A stretch of DNA of 63,942 bases, counting the filler, from Choristocarpus tenellus KU-1152 (lineage: Eukaryota > Protista > Phaeophyceae): the NCBI GenBank assembly GCA_964200185.2. It is 10 parts of 10 records of this genome, joined end to end, with 100 filler letters (N's around TTAATTAATTAA, not from the genome) between each part and the next. Parts side by side here need not be neighbours in the genome. Positions count along the whole stretch, not along the records: positions 34,198 to 45,110 come from CAXNAD020002632.1; positions 45,211 to 49,251 come from CAXNAD020016523.1; positions 49,352 to 54,411 come from CAXNAD020012001.1; 7 more parts are not named here. One strand, given 5' to 3'. This document shows positions 40,626 through 54,064 of the stretch, piece by piece; the stretch's first letter is position 1, and the number at the start of each line of letters is the position of its first letter. A model generated the notes under the pieces. That model searched no databases. It was not told the origin of the DNA and was given only the letters and a program-made list of their open reading frames with translations. The position numbers were made by a program, and so were the translations under genes.

Positions 40626-41351
40626 CAATGACGATCTTGATCTTGTTGATTGGGACTTTGGAAACCATCCTTGCGATTTTCTCCTTTATCCCTCCTCCCC
40701 TCGAACATCCAATCGCCATGAGTGAGTCTGTATTCTCTCTCCCATGACCCCCCATTGCCCCCAAATGACCTTGTCCCAACCTCCTTCCCCCCCTCTCACC
40801 CCTTCCATGGGCAGGATTCACATCACCCCTTGCCAATGGAAATTGCAAGGCCTTCACCCTTCCAGTCGCAGGCCACTGGGGCAGCTGATCACGTTCTCGC
40901 ATGTGCCCTGATGACAAGACTGAATGTTGAGACTCGGTCGACACATCCCCTGACCTCTCATTACTGAAATTGCTTCTCAAGAGTTGGGTATTGGACGGAA
41001 TCCTTCCCTTATCTTTCGCAAGCACAGAGTTCGGGGCCACTGTGGTGCCACAATAAGGAACGTTGGTATGATCAGTAGCGAACTCTGCGCTTTCTAGAGC
41101 GGGGGTATTGACCTCACTGATCGAATTGGTGGAACCTTCCGCAGGCCATGCTTTTTTCAAGAGAGACCTGCGCAGAGTGTGGAAAGCTTCCATACCTCCT
41201 AGGAGGAAAACGATGGCCATCGCTAGGAAGAGCACTAAGATGAAAAGGAAAAACACACCCAGTACTTGGATGAAGACTCCTACCCCACCCTCACAGTGGT
41301 GGCACACCATGCCATTGGACCTGCCATATCCGGGTTTACATACTGCACAGT
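40626..41351 (-). CDS. Same gene, exon (YCAVC, TM, long loop)
   Basis: T+AC gives GPYCAVCKPGY; ends at KIKIVI; GTAAGT donor. Confidence 0.85.
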
Positions 41352-42606
41352 CTTTGTTTGCCCGCAAACAGTATGTTTAGGGGTAGGGTGTAGCAGGAGA
41401 GAGGCATCAGGAAAGCTTTTTTATCGAGCCTAATTAATAGTGGGCTACAGTGTGAATAAGGGTGAGGGCGGGGAGCATAAAAACATACAACTGTTAGTGG
41501 TACTGAACTACTATTACCGTGGGCAATGATAATGCAAGTGGTGATAGTGCTGACACTCAATCATACACATAGTCGAAGCTGTTCCCTGAAGCAGCCTTGT
41601 GGAGACTTTAAATTGCTGCCATAAGAAAGCACAAGCAAAACCAATACACACATATGTGCAAGAGGAAAATGAGCCAGCCATCCAGCCTCCGTCAATACTT
41701 ATTAATAGGACAAATTGTGAAATGCACAAAGGAGGAATGATGCTGGATATCAGATACGATGTTAAAATGAAGCCAGTCAGACTATTTAGTTTCGCAATAC
41801 CAAATTGCAAAGGGCAAAGAGTGCATACGAATGAGAGAGTGGGTGAAAGGAAACAATCAAGCACGCTTTAATATATAGGTTGTAACTCATGGTTAAAAAC
41901 AGCGCATAATAATGTAGTCCCCTACTGGAGCAGGATGCCCACTTGCTGCATATGAACGTTGAATGAAGATGTAAGAGGGAAGAGAATTGAGTATGTGTGG
42001 AGTAATTGATGTGACCTTGCACACAAAGGAGATTCAATAATGGAGGCATTGGAGTTACAGAGTGCGTAACCTCTTGTTCTACAACACCTACATGGTGCGG
42101 AGCATCTTTAACAGACAAAAATCAATACTCTGCTGCTCTTTCTTGGCCCCCTGTGGCTCTCTGCTACACATCGTTGCCCTACAGATTGGACATCCCACAT
42201 GAGCAAGTGCTGCATAGAAAAGCGAACTGTTATCTTATCGCATAGTGATGTAGAACAGAAGGTGGATATTAGAACAAGAAAGGCAGAGGCACGATACAGC
42301 AAGCAGACCATGATATAAAACTGAACATCATGTAAGTAGAGTAGAGCTGATTAGATCTAGACAAATACAAAGGGCATAGCTACGAATTTTCCTAATATAA
42401 ATATTAGAAAGAGCCATTGGCGCGAGTGAGTGCATGAGAACGAGATTCAGTACTGAGAACACATATGGGGATCAATTGGCATTACACGGTACGTACATGA
42501 AGTGTCTTGAAGAGGGTGTCTTGAAGAGGGTGTCTAGAAAGATCAACAAATTTAAGAGGGTAGCTTTGTAGAGAAATAACAATGGTCCACTTCAGTCTAC
42601 CCACAG

Positions 42607-42865
42607 GAGTGAAAGTATCTTAGAGGGTACGAGTTTTGCCCTGTTTTCCCATTCGTGGCTTGGCTTCCCACGGGTTTTTCTATCACATTTTCCTACTCCA
42701 AAATGTTTCAGAGTAGGCAAAATGTGTACGTTATGAAAAGGTGCGTCTGGAACAAGGATATCGACACTTCCTAACAAACACGACAGCCAAAATTACATCA
42801 AAATCACAACATTGGATTTTGGCCCCCAAATGGACGCGGCCCTACCCTCTAAGATACTTTGACTC
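42607..42865 (-). mobile_element. MITE family A copy 3 (259 bp, intronic)
   Basis: 23-bp TIR GAGTGAAAGTATCTTAGAGGGTA / TACCCTCTAAGATACTTTGACTC; flanks ACAG/GCAG. Confidence 0.92.
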
Positions 42866-43028
42866 GCAGAACAAAACAATCAACCGGGGCACAGTGGATT
42901 TGGAAGGTCAGTTGCATAGCAATAATTTCCAAACGTGAAAATACATTATTGTTACTGAAGTGCACAGCTTTTGTAGAATGCAAATGTCTACTCATGCACA
43001 AGTAACAAAGTTCACAGAAGGTACTCAC

Positions 43029-44278
43029 AGGGTCCCATGTAACCACTGGCACAGTAGCGATCCACATCAATGCCCCCAATACAGGCATCCCTATTGAAGC
43101 AATCCAGGATAATTGTAGAAGTTGTGGTTGCTCGCCAGTATCCAATCTTCAACGGTAGCTGAGTTATGGTGACTCCAGCGGTAGAGCAATCAACACCCTC
43201 AGCTCCCACAATCGATGCGCACTGGATACATTCCATTGTATCCTCTGTGGCAAATTGATCCAAATATTCGTACGGATTACAGAATGTATACGGGACAGTC
43301 ACCTCCATGCTGGCTTCTGACCGTGGCACCCACCCTTCCACCTTTAACGAGACATTCACATCTCCTCCAGATCCTGTCCTCGGTGCCGCCTCCACTTGCA
43401 CGGACACACTTGAATTAGGAGGAAGCAAACCACTTGATGGATATAGCAAAATGTCTAAACTGCTGGGCATTGCAGAAATATTCCATAGCACAGGCCCACT
43501 ACCTCCCTCAGCATTAACTGCCAATGAAAATTCCACAATTCCTGGAAACACAGTGGGTTCGCCCGGAAAATTTGAAGCTAACATGGTGACATTGCCACCC
43601 CCATTCAGACACACCTCCCCATTGACGAGAGAGGTGTAGCACTGGCAGTATACACCGAGCTCTCCATCAAGACACACCCCAGTATCACAGGGGGCATCTG
43701 AGCAATTCAGCACATTGTCCACCAGTGCTGTAATGCTGTTTGCTGCATTAAACATTTCGTTGCCCACCACAGCATTCCGGATTTTTGCTGCTGAAACAGA
43801 GGACACAACGGATTTTGCCTGGCTTCTGCTGAAGTCACAGCCCTCCAGGGTCAAAATTCCCTTACCGTTCTGAAGTACAGAGTCCCCCTGCCACCCAAGG
43901 AACACACAATCTATGGCCAAGAATGAAGAACTATCATCCATCAACACAGCAATGTCCGTTCTGGATGATGCACCCTCAGTGAGCTTGACCCCATCAGCCA
44001 AGATATAACTATCAGCAATATACACGGCACTACTGGAGGTAGTGGTGCTGAGGTGGTCTATATGAAAGCCAACCAGAGTTCCTATCTCTACTTTGTTGAG
44101 AAACATGGCAGACCCTCGTGGCGAATCATTAACATTGAGGTCACACGCCCAATAGACATTGGTGGCAACACGTGCATAGAGGCCTCCCCCTTCGCTGCCT
44201 GCATAGCTTCCCTCCACCAAGGTATTTGTGCAAATTACGCTGGCTTCTTCCTCAAGAAAGAGGAAGCCTCCAAAGAAC
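43029..44278 (-). CDS. Pmp-like/Cys-rich multi-TM protein, large exon
   Basis: GGGLY beta-helix-like motifs, EGF-like Cys cluster and GVDC...LPLKIGYWR...C...GYMGP; donor GTGAGT. Confidence 0.88.
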
Positions 44279-46186
44279 CTTACGAAGAAGGCAGAAGAAG
44301 GAAACAAACGGACAAGGCCATTAAAGAATTTGTAGCAGGTATACCTATAACTACATCAACATACTTCATGCCTTCTTGCACCCTAATCATCAGAGGAGTA
44401 TATTACAGAAGGATTGATTGCCTGGTGAAGGGACACTTCAACAAAAAATCTAAAGGGTTTACTAACCTACTGCTAATGAAGGGAGAGGATTCAATCATTG
44501 AAGGTTTGTAATCGATCCAATAAAATAATCCACCTTTTCTTTCACTACATCTACAGCAAGAGTAGGTATTCCTGTGAGGGGGGGAAGTAGAATTAGTAAC
44601 CTGGGATAACAGATTCACAAAGAGAACCAGTGGATCATCCTCATCCAAAAATATTCGACACCAACATACTAAGCAGTTCACAAGCGTCAACATTTGGTGA
44701 GAAGTCATCTTTCACCTGGAAAAGACAATCCAAGCCGCTACACAAAACATGGCAAGATGCGCTTTGTGATAGGTGCAGGGAGAGAGTGAACAATGAGTAT
44801 TGAAGAGCACTAAATATAAACATGAATGTAGTTCACACAAGGCAGGAATCACACCTTCAAGAGAATCCCAACCCTAACCCAAGCGCTAAACCTAAGCCTA
44901 ACCTAAACCCTGACAAAAGAAACTCAGAGGGTTGACAACTAGAAATGAAGCTCTCACTCGGCAGTGCTATTTATGATGTGCCCCCCTGCAAAAACGATGG
45001 TGGTGGTTGCCCCCCAAGCTACAAACCCCCCCCCAAGCCCTGAAGCCCTGCTAACCATGTAAGGTCCCCCACTGACCCTGTCGCTGGCACCGGGCCCCCC
45101 CTAGCTTGAANNNNNNNNNNNNNNNNNNNNNNNNNNNNNNNNNNNNNNNNNNNNTTAATTAATTAANNNNNNNNNNNNNNNNNNNNNNNNNNNNNNNNNN
45201 NNNNNNNNNNGTTGGAAGGCTAGTGGTAAGTTCCGTCGCGTTTCCCTTTCAATCCTGTGGTGGGGTCACCGTTGGAGTTTTTTTTTTTTGCTCATGGTGT
45301 CTGATCTTAAGCAATGATAACAATATACTCCTTCTCATATCCACTTTATGTGGAGGATACCCTCTGTGCTCCTTTTGATGAGATAAAAGACACTCGTATT
45401 AACTACAGAAGATGGGTTTTTTTTGTGCAGTTTCTGTGAATGGATCGTATGTGGACTCAGCTCATAATGACATGTCCATTGGAGAGCCTGGTCAGGGTGA
45501 CGCAGGTTGGTTTTGAAACCAAAAATCACAAGAGAACTCCGTGGTGTGGTGAACCGTATCTTTTTGTTGAAGTGGTTAAATACAGGCCATGGAATAGACT
45601 TCACCTTCAAAGATAGTGAGCCATACCAACTCTCAAGCGGTAGCATTCTGTTTGGATTGCACTCCATCCCTTCCTTGGAACTAAGTTTGAGCTTTTGGGG
45701 GGTAGTGTTACATACATGCCATTGTAGTACTTGTTACTGTGTATTTGATACTACTGAAAGGTTTTCTGAAGTAGGAGGGCACCAGCAGATGACCTAGGGA
45801 GTAGCATCACAATTTGCTTGAGGAAAAATTGTTATAATTGTATTCTAGATTGGGACACATACAAGTAATGGAAAGTCATATTGCCGGTTCAAGTTTATGA
45901 ACTATGGTCTATTGCTATTATTTTATTATTGTGCCCTCCAACATTATGTTGATGTGTCAGGGGAAAAACCGAAGAAAACCATTTAAATGTCAGAATGACT
46001 TCTAAACAGGTAGCAGTTTTAATTAATGTGGAAGGCATCCATCAACTTACTATTTTACTATCAGCTATGCTACACCACTGCCCTCCTGTGCCTCCAATCT
46101 AGCTTAGTCCTGCCCCCCAGGGTGAGGAGCTAGGGAAGTATCCCAAGAATCCAACAAGTCCTTCCTTGCCCATCACCCTGGTGTCT

Positions 46187-46414
46187 TCACCTTAAAACGC
46201 ATGACACGTTTAGATAGGGCTCTTGTGTTGTGACAAAGACTCTCTGTCGTAGACGGGACATGACAGCCCCTTTCCTGTTGTAGCCTCCTGTACATTTTCC
46301 CCCTACCGTGTGCGTAGCTATCTCATCCAGAAAACTTTCTGCTTGCTTACCGAGGCGCCCAAAACTTTCCACCGTGAAGGTGTTGAGGTTGGAACTAGTG
46401 TCCATTGCTATCAC
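46187..46414 (-). mobile_element. 3' fragment of an RLE-type (CRE-like) non-LTR retrotransposon
   Basis: TVESFGRLGKQAESFLDEIA...RLRQRVFVTTQ resembles the end of a restriction-like endonuclease domain. Confidence 0.65.
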
Positions 46415-47075
46415 ATTATGTGAAGTTCATAATGCTGGTATAGTGTTACTGTATAGCCTCTTCAATGCAACGATATTCATGGAAATATGTGAAGCCTTTT
46501 ACCAGGTAGTGTATGCTACGATTCCATATCCCATCACTCCCAATGTGCCTTGAAAGAGGAAGTTGGTGTATATTTCGTATTGTGATTACTTGAAATATTA
46601 ATATACTATTATTACTTTACTCTGAAATACAAAGAAAGACCTTCCTAGAAGGAGGAACCTACCCCAAAAACAGTACTTTAAAGTCTCTTCTTACAGTGCT
46701 TCACCTCTGCTTCATTTAGTAGAACTGTTTAAAACTCTGGATAGAGTAGGTATTACAGAGTACTACAAAAAGGAACATACCCCACTTACATAACCACCGC
46801 TACTAATACTTCTCTACAGACCGTGACTGTATTGCGACTACTACGTCGTGTTGATTATATGCCTCAAAATGATCACCATAAAAGAAACATATATACATGA
46901 CTATGTTCTTTTTAATTCCCACATTAGGTAGACACACATAGAGAAGGTTGTGGCAGCAGCATCAGATAGATGCATAAAACACTTGGCGCCGTAAGCAAGT
47001 AATGTCCATGGAGTACTAGGCAAAAGAACTTAACGTTCTGCCCGACGCACCTAGTTGCATGCTGAGTCCATATAA

Positions 47076-47321
47076 ACGAATAGTTCTGTACCACTGGCGG
47101 GTGCATTGCTAGTTTCTACAGGTGTAGGTGCAGCATTAATCACATCTGGCGTACTGGGAATTGGTTCTGGAGCAACTTCAATTGCTGCAAACCATACTTC
47201 AGGAAAATTGAGTAAAGACCTTAGTTATGCCTCGCTGAGCCTTGGAATTGGGAGCGCTATTAGCGGAATAGTTGCAGGAGTTGGGGGCATGTCGCTTATT
47301 GAAGGAGTTGAAACTGGCTGA
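47076..47321 (+). pseudogene. Gly/Ala/Ser-rich hydrophobic fragment resembling a bacterial RHS-toxin post-core region
   Basis: GVLGIGSGATSIAA...LSKDLSYASLSLGIGSA; no ATG start. Confidence 0.4.
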
Positions 47322-49351
47322 TTTTTATAATTATTAGGTAAGTTTTGTTCATAAAGTCCATGACCTACTTCGTGAACTAGCTTCATTATATTTTCTAAAA
47401 AATTATTACTGGGTTTTAATAACAGCCTGACATCGTATGGAGAACCTCCACAAAAATAATGACTTGATTGATCTACCCTCCCCCTTTTAAAATCAAAACC
47501 AAATAATTGCGCTACCCACTCCAGAGTAGATCAACTTTTGATAACTGCTCCTTCAACATAATATGTTTGATTTTTCGATGTGGAAGTTTTTTGGAAAAAT
47601 TATCAGTCCTGACCAGTCGTTTCAAATCAGTTACAAATATTCTATCCTCAAGACAGTCATCAGTGGAGCGATGGCCTATCCTGCCGGTGATATGAGCGCT
47701 CTGTGGATGTAGTATTGAGATACTGTTATTCCACAAAGAAACATCCCCAACAACTGTCTACCCTGATGGAACAGTGGCATCTCAACATTTGATATATAGG
47801 CATGCATGCTGTTGGTTTGGCTTGACTAGAACCACTCAGCACTTAAAATATTTTTGTGCACTTCCAAGTTCCTCCAAAATATACGGTAGTGCGTATCATG
47901 ATGGTTATGGAAAGTGAGCTAATGGTTGTTGGGCAATCAAAGGGCAAAACCATTTCTCACCTCCTAATTGTCACCCGTGATGGAGAAGTGGCTGTGGATG
48001 CCGACCAATCAGCATTGTTCACAATTTCCCTCAACCAATGAGAAAGAGCGATTGATATACAGATAGAATCGCCACCTACAACTTTTTCGTAGTTTTTGAT
48101 ATTAGCATTACCCCCTCAAGTCCACCACGATAAAATAGAGTGGTGCTGAAGAGAGGGAGGGGGAAAAAAATGGATCGGAAATAGTGTATGCGTCGAAGTA
48201 TTTGGTTAAATATTGAGACTGGAGCACATGGATGCTTTTTCGAAAAAGGATTATGTGGAAAAATAATCACAGTGTAGAAGTGAGAAATGGTGAAAAGGGG
48301 TAATGATATGAAAGAATGACGGTGTGGTATGTACTACATTCTTGCGTTTTTCATCTGTTGAGCACTCACAGAGCACCTTTAATTTCGAAGTCAACAAAAC
48401 AACACCAAGGCTTTGCCAATGCTGTCCCCCCCGCCCCCCCTTGCAGTTCCATCCATAGAGTCCTTGGCTCTGCACAAACAGATCGATTCAGCAACACACT
48501 GACCTTGACTACTCTCTACAGTAGAAGTGCTCTAAGAATATACATACTTTTTTGATACTTTGAAAACTAGACAAGCATGGAATTTGACTATGCTACTAGA
48601 GTGGAGCCTAAGGTCGACATTTCCTACATTTCCTACAGCAATCTAACTGCACAGCACACAAGAAGATAAGAACACTTACAAGAGGGCCCTCAACGACCCT
48701 TGAAACAGATTCAATGTACCCCACCCACCATTCATCTGCTGATCCTCACCGATCCCAATGGAGGAAGACTATCACCGGCCATTCAAATAGAGTCACACAC
48801 AGCAGTGAAGTCTTTGTTTTCAACCACGCCTCACTACACTGAAAACGAGCAACAAATTTTACAATACCTCCCTCCCCATACAAGGCACTGGGTACTCTTG
48901 TCACTCTAGTGAGGTATCCTGATAAAACAGTAAATCAGGGACCCCGCCTGTAGAGTGAATTTGTTCCTGGTGGGAGTCAGAGTCAGAGTCAAAGACAAAG
49001 GAAGAGATATATCGGCACCCGACAGTTACACAATCTTTTCGGCACGCCTGGCAAGTCCCTCCGTTGCAGTAGAGGTTCACTTGGCTGTGGCCCCCTCACA
49101 CATATTTTCCAAGACAACACGCAATTTGGTCAGAACTTGACTCTTTGAATCACGATTCTGCACACATTTACACAGTGCCTCGAAGTCGCTGGTGAATCCC
49201 ATCTGAGAGTGGTATAGGGGGAGAAGCAGGTTTGGGGGTTGGGAGGAAAAGNNNNNNNNNNNNNNNNNNNNNNNNNNNNNNNNNNNNNNNNNNNNTTAAT
49301 TAATTAANNNNNNNNNNNNNNNNNNNNNNNNNNNNNNNNNNNNNNNNNNNN

Positions 49352-49428
49352 TGTATGTATGTATGTATGTATGTATATATGTATTATGTATGTATGTATG
49401 TATTATGTATGTATGTATTATGTATGTA
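49352..49428. repeat. (TATG)n microsatellite
   Basis: Direct reading. Confidence 0.95.
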
Positions 49429-51299
49429 CACATATACGTCTAAATCTAAGATGGTGGATAAAATTATTGCAAATTATTGTTGCGTAAAAGCACAGTCTTC
49501 CACAACAAAACTATGAGTACAATGGAGCAGTAGCAGTAGTAGTAGTGCGTGCGTTTGAGTCGCTCTCACTCACTTTGCCAGTTGATCTGGACTTGGTGGT
49601 GTTTCTAATCCTCTCCCTCCTCCTATTTATCCCACGCAATATCATCATCAGTTTCACTATGAATTCGAAGCAAATCGCTACAGCATTCAGTCTCCAGTTA
49701 CGACTGACTATTATAATATCATCTCTCTGGATGTTCTGCGGCATCTAACTATACCAGTTCTGGTGGAGGGCAACTGGTAAGTTATGATACTGTCATACCA
49801 TATAATGCAACTCCGCTTCTTCTACTTCAACAGCAAGAAAACACTACTACCTGCAAAGGCAGAAAGAAAGACTGTAGGTATTACTCATTACTTGCTGCGC
49901 TTGTTGCGTCAATCAACTCTGTCGGGTCATTGTGGTGCTGCTCCCTTCCTTCCTGTAGTTGTTCAGCTGATCAATTTGGCTGGGTTGCTAAAGGAAGAAT
50001 GGAGATTGTACTCCAATAGAGAAGCGTCATTATGCACTACGTACGTAGTACTTTGAATATTGTATTACTGTATGACGTGCCCTGGCTTGCCTGGCCTCAT
50101 GGAGGTGGCGGTAGTGAGTGAATAGGCGTACAACAGTGAGCGGACATTATCATCACCAATTCATCAGCCTGAGCTCCTGCCTTTGTAGAGAGAGGTAGGC
50201 GTATATTCCCCATACAGTCAGTTCAGAGCAGTCGCCGAGGGGGCTTTGTTACCGATTGTAGTACAAGGATACCTATATAAGAGAGGGTAGATCCAAGGGG
50301 AAAAATCCTCTCTTATGTCCAGATCCTCTAATATTGTATATAACAACGCTTTTCTCTTAAATTGAGGGATCGTGATAAGAGAAACCTATGTTAGATCGAG
50401 GGACAGTCCTTGTACTCACTTTATAGCTGTCGCCGAACGACGACAGAGCGATGGTCGTGGATAGTGCTGCTGACACACTATATACACCACCAGTGGAGGA
50501 AAGGTAGAACCAGATATGTGTTTCCATATATTTCTGTTTAGCTCTACCCAACGTTCATGTATCGTAGGGACCTGATGTTACATTATCAATTGACATATCA
50601 TATGTGGTACACATGATATGTAGATAGTATTATTTTCTGATTATCCATGTGGACGTTGCAAATCCCACATGATAGTCTGCACCTGTCTCACCCCATAAGT
50701 TCAGTCTGTGGAATCGAGACCACAAGCCTCTTGTAACATTTATATCGTGTATTTGCACCAAGGCATTTATTGTCCTCTAAAAGGCACACAGTCGTGGGGC
50801 CAATGTGGAATATTTCAACAAGCGATATCCTTGCTGTATGTGTTTCCCATGTGCCTTCATGAGTAGTTACATGTAGATATGTATTGGGCATTACCCTCAG
50901 TGAGCCTATTTCGATGAAGCTGTGGTGGTGCAGCAAGCACCACATCTACACCACCCCTGCACTGTATACCAGTGTCATATGTACACCGAACTGTAACTTT
51001 GGTAAATTACACCAATTGTGATGTATTCACTCATAATATGTATAGTACACCTTCCCAAGAAAAGCATTCGCAAGCGATTGGATGACTGGACAGACAACAT
51101 GCAGTTCAAATTAAATCAACATTCAAAGCCAATCTCCCTCCGATGCTCTGCCCTACGCATTCGATTGCATTCTACAAGGATATTATACAGTACAGTATCA
51201 AAGACGCCATCGTGGATCAAATACAACTACACTGCCATGCATTCCCCCATCACACGCAGTGAGAGTAAAACAACTTATTCTCTAATAAAAAACTCGTGA

Positions 51300-52135
51300 C
51301 CGCAAAAAAAAGAGCTGATGTTCAAGTGTTTGATTACCCTTGCCTCGATTGCGCTGAGCCAAGCCAGCTTTGCTTTAAACATCGTTCATGCTGCACTCTT
51401 CGGCGGTTGTTTCTAAGCTTGCAAACTCGTCAGCTACTTGAGAGTACGGTAGTGGAGGAATCGAGAACACTGAAAAGGCTGCTTTTTTCCTCACGGCCCC
51501 CGATGCGCTGCCCCCTCCCATAAACCCGTCATCATCCTCGTCACCCGAGCTTGCCTTGTCTGACTGGTACAACGATTCCTCGAGCACCTAGTCTTTCATG
51601 TCCTCTAGTATCGCATTAGCCACTTCATTGTTGTCTTCCACACCGATCCATGCTCTTACTGCGTCGATGGAAGTCTGACACTGTTTTCCGCCGGGTTTGA
51701 GGTGCAGAGGGTCAAGAGCATCGGAGAGATCCTCATTGATATATAGGGACACCTTATACGAGCAAAATGGCCACCTGTGATACTATAGTACACATTACAG
51801 ACATAACAGTTCGACAGAAACGCGCGCAAAAAGACAGACAGAGCAGAAAGACAATTCAATCACAATCACAATCAACCTACTTTCAGACTTCAGTCCATGT
51901 GCTGACGCATCTCGACATGCTTGACACCCCTCATAGTCTTGGTGTCAGGCTTCAGCGTCTTCGCCTTCTCCATGGTACTTGTTACCTCCTTCAACTTGTA
52001 GAGGGTGCTGTGACCAATTCCAAACTTTTGAGCAACGGCAGTTCCCGTCATGGTCTTCAGGAGTGTCAACGATTCCACCTTCTCTGCAGCGCTCAAGCGT
52101 TTACGATTGTGGGCACCGCGAGGCTTGTAGGACAC
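51300..52135 (-). mobile_element. Internally deleted pogo/Tigger-type transposon relic
   Basis: CENP-B-type HTH RKRLSAAEKV..VAQKFGIGHSTLYKLK, then an acidic tail with stops; no DDE core. Confidence 0.65.
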
Positions 52136-52544
52136 CCACTCTATTACTACATTAATATACTCAGCAATTACACTACTATCAATATACGTTCCTTTACTCA
52201 CTCGAAACACATAATAGTAATAGTATTGTAGTATGGTGATAGTATTGTGCTCAGGCCCCGTGCCTAACAAAATATGAAAACATGACCGACCCAAAAAACG
52301 TCACCCCACCTCCCTACCCCTTTCTTTGGCTGCCTTGTATGTATAGTAGTAGTACAAAACGAGTCACGCTTCGAATAATATTTAGTTATGTACGTACTTT
52401 TGAGCTTATGTTCATCCATGCATGCTCGTTTACTTGTCTTCTTAACCATAAATTGTTTAACAACTTGACGAACTTTCAACAACTACCTCAGCCTAGTGTT
52501 ACTCAGCAGCATTGAACCATTCTTCTTACATCATACATGAGGTT

Positions 52545-53392
52545 GTGGTTTTGCAGCAAGTTGTCCCGCAGAACGCTTTGGGTGGCACAGGGTCATCCCC
52601 AAAGCTAGTAGATGCCCTGTGTGTATCCGCTAAATCGCCATCGACTAATAACTGGAAATAAGGAGTATCCTTCGTATATCTGTATAACGCAATCACACAA
52701 AATGGGCCATGCACAGCCTCATTGTACGAGGTGTTGAGTATATGCTTCAAGGAACTGTGGTCCCTTGAGCTAACATAAGCTGCACATGAATGGCAAGGAG
52801 TGAGTCACAATGGCGTGAGAGTCCAGCAAAGTGTTAACTCACCGAATCAATCCACCATTCTTGGGGGAGATACACCAACTATTATGACAGCATCACGTCA
52901 AAGGAATAATCATGACTGGTATCACCATATACTGTCTAGTCTCATATAGACATGCATTGGAGGCATAAAATTTACTAGGCTATTCCTTTAGTCGCAATCC
53001 GAAGGAAAAAGGAAGAGTACAACACAAAAGAGTTGATGCATTCCATCACACCATGGTCGTACCAACAGTTGCCAACCTAAATTGGATGTTTACCAATGCA
53101 CTTTAATATCATCTGCAAGTTTTGACACTCGGAGTAACATCCACCGCCTATCATGAACATAATAACGTCCCTGGGGGGATCCCCTTGCCCTCGCTTCTGC
53201 TGGATCCACCCTCTCCCGAAGCTTGGGATTGAGGTACAGATATGTTTCATTTTCTTCGTCACGGTCCAATAGGTTGCTGAATCAACAAGGCAACAAAGAA
53301 GGAATATAAGCAGCAGGCCTTGTTCTGGAACCTTCCCTCACACAACACACCAGCAGATACTTGTACGTGTTTTAGGAGAAGCCAGGATACCT
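52545..53392 (-). pseudogene. SLY1: Sec1-family (SLY1-like) C-terminal pseudogene fragments
   Basis: ETYLYLNPK then a frameshift into RDVIMFMIGGGCYSECQNL; the expected donor reads AT. Confidence 0.7.
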
Positions 53393-54064
53393 GTTACAGA
53401 CACATATACAAGGGGTACAGATATTGCATCGAGGAGAAGGATGGAAATTATGCTCTTCTGTTCCTTATTGGCATGGTCAATCGATTTTGAAACACAAGAG
53501 AGTGAAATGATCGGGCAACAGATAGCACTGAATATCTTATCTTACCGATTAAATACCACCATCAAGGACTGCTGAACATGCCAAGAAGATAGTGTTTTGC
53601 CTAGTGATGATCTTTGACAAGCTAGCACAAGTTGAAGGCAGGGTACACCTGTTGTATTCACCGTCCACTATACTAGTACTTGAAATATGAAGACTGAAAA
53701 TGACAGATATGTGGAGCAGGTCAATACTCCTTATTTGCAACTGTCATATGTACCTCTCCACCACCGTGGTAACATATGTGTTTTTGCCTCTAGTGAAAGA
53801 AGCTAAGCAACTGTTAGTCCCCCCTGTATCAGCAATAAATAGACACATTATTCACCTCAAGTCATTAGCTGCAAAGCAAATATGTAGAATATACGTATTC
53901 TAACTAGATCAGTAAGAGCCCTGTAAGCTGATCAAATCTGAGTATCGATGCAACAAAAGGAAACACAGGATTATAACGCAACACAAAATGCCATATGGCT
54001 TGAGGATCTCCTTACAAAGGAAATGCTCAGTGCAGTAACCTAGTATGGTGAGCAAATGGCAAAT

